Positions 59,407 through 64,000 of a stretch of DNA of 64,000 bases are shown in pieces (position 1 is the first letter of the stretch; each line of letters starts with the position of its first letter). This DNA comes from Alphaproteobacteria bacterium. Its GTDB lineage: Bacteria; Pseudomonadota; Alphaproteobacteria; Bin95. Where the stretch lies: NCBI GenBank assembly GCA_963665325.3, contig CAXXWS020000002.1, positions 320,001 to 384,000 of the forward strand, given 5' to 3'. Made by a program: the position numbers and the translations under genes. The notes beneath the pieces were generated by a model, which saw only the letters and a list, made by a program, of their open reading frames with translations, was not told where the DNA came from and did not search any database.

Positions 59407-60624
59407 ATGGCACGCCTTGTCCTGAAATTCGGCGGCACTTCCGTCGCTGACCGCGAGCATATCCGCAATGCGGCCGCGCGCGTCGCGCGCGAAGCGGCGG
59501 CCGGCCATGAGGTGGCCGTGGTGGTATCCGCGATGTCGGGCGTCACCAACGACCTCGTCGGGCAGGTCGCTACCGTCTCGCCGCTCTACGACCCGGCCGA
59601 GCATGACGCGGTCGTCGCCTCGGGCGAGCAGGTCACGAGCGGGCTGATGGCGCTTACCCTGCAGGAAATGGGCGTGCCGGCGCGTTCCTTCCAGGGCTGG
59701 CAACTGCCGATCCGGACCGACGGCACCCATGGCAGGGCGCGTATCCGGCATGTCGAAAGCGGAGCGTTGCGCTCGGCGGCCGCGGCCGGGCAGGTCGCCG
59801 TGGTGGCCGGCTTCCAGGGCCTGTCGCCGGACGGGAGGGTCACCACGCTCGGCCGCGGCGGCTCGGACACGACGGCGGTCGCGCTGGCCGCGGCCCTGGA
59901 GGCGGACCGCTGCGATATCTATACCGATGTGGACGGCGTCTATACCTGTGATCCCAGGGTTGTGCCGAGAGCGCGGAAGATCGACCGGATCGCGTTCGAG
60001 GAGATGCTGGAAATGGCGAGCCAGGGCGCCAGGGTCCTGCAGACGCGCTCGGTTGCCATGGCGATGCGGTGCGGCGTACGACTCCAGGTGGTGTCGAGTT
60101 TCGAGGATGTGCCGGGAACGATGATCGTTGGCGAGGATGAGATATTGGAAGAACAGGTCGTTACGGGAGTCGCGGTCTCGCAGGAGGATGCGAAGCTGAC
60201 GCTGGCGGGCGTCGAGGATCGTCCGGGCGTGGCGGCGGCCATCTTCGGGCCGCTTGCCGACGCCGAGATCAATGTCGATATGATCGTCCAGAACGTCGCC
60301 GACGGAGGCCAGCATACGGACATCACCTTCACGGTGCCGAAGCCCGACCTCGAGCGCGCCACCGCCTTGCTGAGGGGAGCCTCGCTTGCCTTCGACTCGC
60401 TCAAGCCCGATCCGAATGTCGCCAAGGTCTCGGTCGTCGGCGTCGGCATGCGCAGCCATGCCGGCGTCGCCCAGAGGATGTTCGCGACGCTGGCCGCGCG
60501 CGGGATCAATATCGAGGTGATTTCGACGTCCGAGATCAAGATCAGCGTGCTGATCGCCGAGGAATATGCGGAGCTGGCGGCGCGGGCGCTGCATACGGCC
60601 TATGGACTCGACCGCGACGATTGA
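59407..60624 (+). CDS. lysC: Aspartate kinase
   Basis: KFGGTSV, VVSAM, LGRGGSD, YTDVDG, ISTSEIK. Confidence 0.97.
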   Translation: MARLVLKFGGTSVADREHIRNAAARVAREAAAGHEVAVVVSAMSGVTNDLVGQVATVSPLYDPAEHDAVVASGEQVTSGLMALTLQEMGVPARSFQGWQLPIRTDGTHGRARIRHVESGALRSAAAAGQVAVVAGFQGLSPDGRVTTLGRGGSDTTAVALAAALEADRCDIYTDVDGVYTCDPRVVPRARKIDRIAFEEMLEMASQGARVLQTRSVAMAMRCGVRLQVVSSFEDVPGTMIVGEDEILEEQVVTGVAVSQEDAKLTLAGVEDRPGVAAAIFGPLADAEINVDMIVQNVADGGQHTDITFTVPKPDLERATALLRGASLAFDSLKPDPNVAKVSVVGVGMRSHAGVAQRMFATLAARGINIEVISTSEIKISVLIAEEYAELAARALHTAYGLDRDD

Positions 60625-60625
60625 G

Positions 60626-61642
60626 ATGGACGCGCGGAGCCAGCTCGACCGGCTCTGGGCTCGGGGACGGGAATTCCTCGGCTGCGATGTTGCCATCATG
60701 GGCGGCGCGATGACCTGGGTCTCCGAGCGGAACCTCGTCTCCGCGATTTCCGAGGCGGGGGCGTTCGGCGTTATCGCCTGCGGCGCGATGGAACCCGACC
60801 GGCTGGCGCTGGAGATCGCAGGCACAAGGGCGCTGACCGACAGGCCCTTCGGCGTCAACCTCATCACCATGCATCCGAAGCTGGACGCGCTGATCGATGT
60901 CTGCGGCGAGTTGGGGGTCAGCCACATCGTGCTGGCCGGAGGGATGCCCGGCCGCGCCGCCATGCGCCGGGTCAAGGGGTGGGGCGCCAGGCTCGTCTGC
61001 TTTGCTCCGGCGTTTGCGCTCGCCCGCAAGCTGATGCGGGACGGCGCCGACGCGCTGATCGTCGAAGGCGCGGAGGCGGGCGGGCATACGGGCCCCGTCG
61101 CGACTGCGGTGCTGGCCCAGGAGATCCTGCCCGAGATCCGCGATATCCCGGTTTTCGTCGCCGGGGGCATAGGGCGGGGAGAGGCGGTTCTTGCCTTTCT
61201 CGAGATGGGCGCCTCGGGCTGCCAGATCGGCACACGGTTCGCGGCTGCGGAGGAATCGATCGCCCATCCGCGGTTCAAGCAGGCATTCCTGCGCGGCGAG
61301 GCGCGGGACGCGGTGCTCTCGCAGCAGGTGGACCCGCGCTTCCCGGTGGTTCCGGTGCGCGCGCTCGCCAACGACGCGTCCCGCCGGTTCGGCGCCTTCC
61401 AGCACGAGGTCATCGCCCGCCACCGGGCCGGCGGGCTCAGCCTGAAGGAGGCCCAGCTCGAAATCGAACATTTCTGGGCCGGAGCATTGCGGCGCGCGGT
61501 CATCGAGGGGGATGTCGAGAACGGCTCGGTGATGGCGGGGCAGAGCGTCGGCATGGTTAAGCGGATCGAGCCGATATCGGCGATACTCGATGAGTTGTGC
61601 GGGCAAGCCTTCGCCATGCTTGCGGACCGGAGGCGTCTATGA
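60626..61642 (+). CDS. Nitronate monooxygenase / FabK-like flavin oxidoreductase
   Basis: GGAMTW, EG.EAGGH, AGGI, GTRF, GSVMAGQSVG. Confidence 0.9.
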   Translation: MDARSQLDRLWARGREFLGCDVAIMGGAMTWVSERNLVSAISEAGAFGVIACGAMEPDRLALEIAGTRALTDRPFGVNLITMHPKLDALIDVCGELGVSHIVLAGGMPGRAAMRRVKGWGARLVCFAPAFALARKLMRDGADALIVEGAEAGGHTGPVATAVLAQEILPEIRDIPVFVAGGIGRGEAVLAFLEMGASGCQIGTRFAAAEESIAHPRFKQAFLRGEARDAVLSQQVDPRFPVVPVRALANDASRRFGAFQHEVIARHRAGGLSLKEAQLEIEHFWAGALRRAVIEGDVENGSVMAGQSVGMVKRIEPISAILDELCGQAFAMLADRRRL

Positions 61643-63897
61643 TGCAGGCTGGCGGGCCGGACGCCTCGCGCCTGTTGCTGCAGCGGGTCCGGGAGGTGGC
61701 GGCGACTGTTGTGGACAAGCAGGATCGCCTGGACGCGATCTCGACGGAGATCGCGGAGGTGATGGGCGCCGAGGTCTGTTCGATTTATGTCCGCCACGGC
61801 GACAGCCGCTTGTTGTTGACGGCGACCAGGGGCCTCAACGTGCAGGCGGTCCACAATACGACCCTCGCGGTTGGCGAAGGCCTGGTCGGCCTGGTGGCGG
61901 AGAGCGCCCGGCCGGTGAACCTGCCCGAAGCGTCGGCGCACGAGAACTTCGCTTACCGGCCCGAGACCGGCGAGGAAGCGTTCCACTCGTTTGTCGGAGT
62001 GCCGCTGCTTCGCGGCGGGCTGGTTATCGGCGTGCTGACCGTGCAGAACGTCCGGCCCAGGGTCTATGCCAGGGACGAGATTGATGCTCTCCAGACCGTG
62101 GCCATGCTCGTTGCGGAAGTGGCGGCGGCCCACGAACCCCCGAGCGACGACATCGGCGAGGACCCGCGTCCGGTGCGCCTGGAAGGCAGGGTGTTGAACG
62201 CGGGAGTCGCGCTTGGTGCGGCCTACATGCACGAGGCGAGGTTGCCTGTGCAGAACATGGTCTCCGGGGGTGACCCGGCCGGGGAGATCGCCCGGGTCGA
62301 CGAGGCGCTGGAAGAGATGCACAGGGCGCTCGACGACCGTTTCCACGCAGCAGACCTTGCAGGGGAAGGCGAGCACCGGGAGGTGTTGCAGGCCTACCGG
62401 ATGTTCGCCGAAGACCGCGGTTGGCTCTCGCGGATTCGCGAAGCCGTGCGCGGCGGATTGAGCGCCGAGGGTGCGGTGGTGCGCATTCAGGAACAGATGC
62501 GCGCCCGCATGCGACAACTGCGCGATCCGTTCTTCCGCGAACGCCTGCACGATCTCGACGATCTCAGCAATCGTTTGGTGCAGCACCTGGCCGGAGAGGC
62601 CGGGCGCATGCAAAAGGACGAGCTTCCTGCCGACGCGGTCGTGGTTGCCCGCAATATGGGTCCGGCCGAGTTGCTCGACTATCCCCGCGAGAGGCTCCGC
62701 GCCCTGCTTCTGGAAGAGGGGTCGCATACGGCGCATGTCGTTATTGTGGCGCGCGCACTCGACATTCCGGTGCTGGGCGACCTGAAGGACATCGCCGCGA
62801 TTGCCGAAGCCGGCGACCGCGTCGCCGTGGACGGCGAGAACGGACAGGTATTCATCCGGCCCGGCGCCCAGGTCGAGCAGAATTTCCTCCACGCCATGCA
62901 GATGCGGGATGAGCGGCGCGCGCAGTTCGCCGTCCTCCGCGACAAGGCGGCCCGTTCCGTCGACGGGGTCGAGGTATCGCTCAACATCAATGCGGGTCTG
63001 CTGATTGACATTCAGCAGGTCGCCGCGGTCGGCGCCGACGGCGTCGGTCTCTACCGGACGGAGATTCCCTTCATGGTCCGGTCGCGCTTCCCCGACGTGG
63101 AGGACCAGCAGCGCCTGTACAGCCGGGCCCTGGACCTGTCGGAGGGGCGGCCGCTGGTCTTCCGGACGCTGGACATCGGCGGCGACAAGGTTCTGCCGTA
63201 CTGGCGGCTGGCCGAGGAAGAGAACCCGGCAATGGGCTGGCGGGCCCTGAGACTGACCCTGGACCGGCCGCAAATGCTCCGCCAGCAGCTTCGGGCGATG
63301 GTGCGGGCGGCTGCCGGGCGCGATTTGCATGTCATGTTTCCGATGGTGGCCGAAGTCTCCGAATTCGAACGCGCAAAGGCGGTCCTCAACGCCGAAATCG
63401 AACGGGAGAGGAATCGGGGGCGGGATGTGCCGGCCTCGGTCTTCGCCGGTACGATGCTCGAGGTGCCGGCGCTGGTCTGGCAATTGCCGGCCCTGTTGCA
63501 GATCACGGATTTCATTTCCGTTGGAAGCAACGACCTGCTGCAGTTCTTTTTCGCTGCCGACCGCGCGAATCCGAGGGTGGCAGCGCGCTACGACCTGCTT
63601 TCGCCGGCCGTGCTGGCGTTTTTTGCGCACATAGTGGACAGCGCCGAAGGCGCAAATCGGCCGATTGCGTTCTGCGGAGAGATGGCCGGGGGCGTGTTGG
63701 AGGCGATGACGCTGATCGGCCTGGGATTCCGGAAGCTGTCCGTGGCCCCCGCTTCGGTAGGGCCGGTCAAGGCCATGTTGCGGTCAACCGAGGTCGCGCC
63801 GCTAGCGGACTATGTTCGTTCACTCGTGGGCCTTCCGGATCGCACCGTGCGAGATAAATTGCGGGCCTACGCGCTCGACCACGATATTCCGCTGTGA
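61639..63897 (+). CDS. ptsP: PEP-protein phosphotransferase EI-Ntr (GAF + EI)
   Basis: GAF domain (EVCSIY, GEGLVG), SHTAH, GLYRTE, RTLDIGGDK, EENPAMGWR, SVGSNDL.Q. Confidence 0.97.
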   Translation: MMQAGGPDASRLLLQRVREVAATVVDKQDRLDAISTEIAEVMGAEVCSIYVRHGDSRLLLTATRGLNVQAVHNTTLAVGEGLVGLVAESARPVNLPEASAHENFAYRPETGEEAFHSFVGVPLLRGGLVIGVLTVQNVRPRVYARDEIDALQTVAMLVAEVAAAHEPPSDDIGEDPRPVRLEGRVLNAGVALGAAYMHEARLPVQNMVSGGDPAGEIARVDEALEEMHRALDDRFHAADLAGEGEHREVLQAYRMFAEDRGWLSRIREAVRGGLSAEGAVVRIQEQMRARMRQLRDPFFRERLHDLDDLSNRLVQHLAGEAGRMQKDELPADAVVVARNMGPAELLDYPRERLRALLLEEGSHTAHVVIVARALDIPVLGDLKDIAAIAEAGDRVAVDGENGQVFIRPGAQVEQNFLHAMQMRDERRAQFAVLRDKAARSVDGVEVSLNINAGLLIDIQQVAAVGADGVGLYRTEIPFMVRSRFPDVEDQQRLYSRALDLSEGRPLVFRTLDIGGDKVLPYWRLAEEENPAMGWRALRLTLDRPQMLRQQLRAMVRAAAGRDLHVMFPMVAEVSEFERAKAVLNAEIERERNRGRDVPASVFAGTMLEVPALVWQLPALLQITDFISVGSNDLLQFFFAADRANPRVAARYDLLSPAVLAFFAHIVDSAEGANRPIAFCGEMAGGVLEAMTLIGLGFRKLSVAPASVGPVKAMLRSTEVAPLADYVRSLVGLPDRTVRDKLRAYALDHDIPL

Positions 63898-63912
63898 ATG
63901 TGGATTTGGCGC

Positions 63913-63942
63913 TTGATTTATTGCGGCGCTGTCTGACATAAT
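63913..63942 (+). promoter_or_regulatory. Putative sigma70 promoter for the next gene
   Basis: TTGATT-18 bp-CATAAT after the ptsP stop. Confidence 0.45.
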
Positions 63943-64000
63943 TCGTAAACGGAAAGGATGTTCGCGCGCCGATGCAAAGTTCAGGTGGATGGCATGCGCG

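Noticed and set aside
59320-63630. 1436-aa ORF on the minus strand
   Set aside because: Antisense shadow of lysC, the nitronate monooxygenase gene and ptsP in high-GC DNA; no motifs.

Overview
High-GC alphaproteobacterial chromosome segment, Rhodospirillales-like by gene order and probably marine (it carries dddL and soxBDAG). Most of it is core or catabolic metabolism: glyA-nrdR-ribD-ribE-ribB-ribH-nusB-thiL, kynU, tRNA-Val(CAC), metY, cysS, soxBDAG, fbaB, pheA-kdsB-cycM-hisN, ubiG/lysC/ptsP, five CaiB-type CoA transferases and three LLM oxidoreductases. Accessory patches lie at about 38.8-39.7, 41.9-45.0 and 53.9-57.4 kb. The best candidate for an undescribed system is a stand-alone GIY-YIG nuclease gene embedded in nested direct and inverted copies of a palindromic repeat, with a 36-bp tandem array; the same repeat occurs elsewhere without the nuclease, like REPIN/RAYT but with GIY-YIG. 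Other notable items: an ArfA-like small ORF behind tRNA-Val with an internal GNRA hairpin; a UbiG fused to a nitrile-hydratase-beta-like domain; an IS630 HTH-only gene behind a LexA-box promoter; a low-GC putative reader-GIY-YIG defence nuclease; and a 200-bp TA-flanked MITE whose removal restores a reading frame. All calls come from reading motifs by eye; no database search was run.
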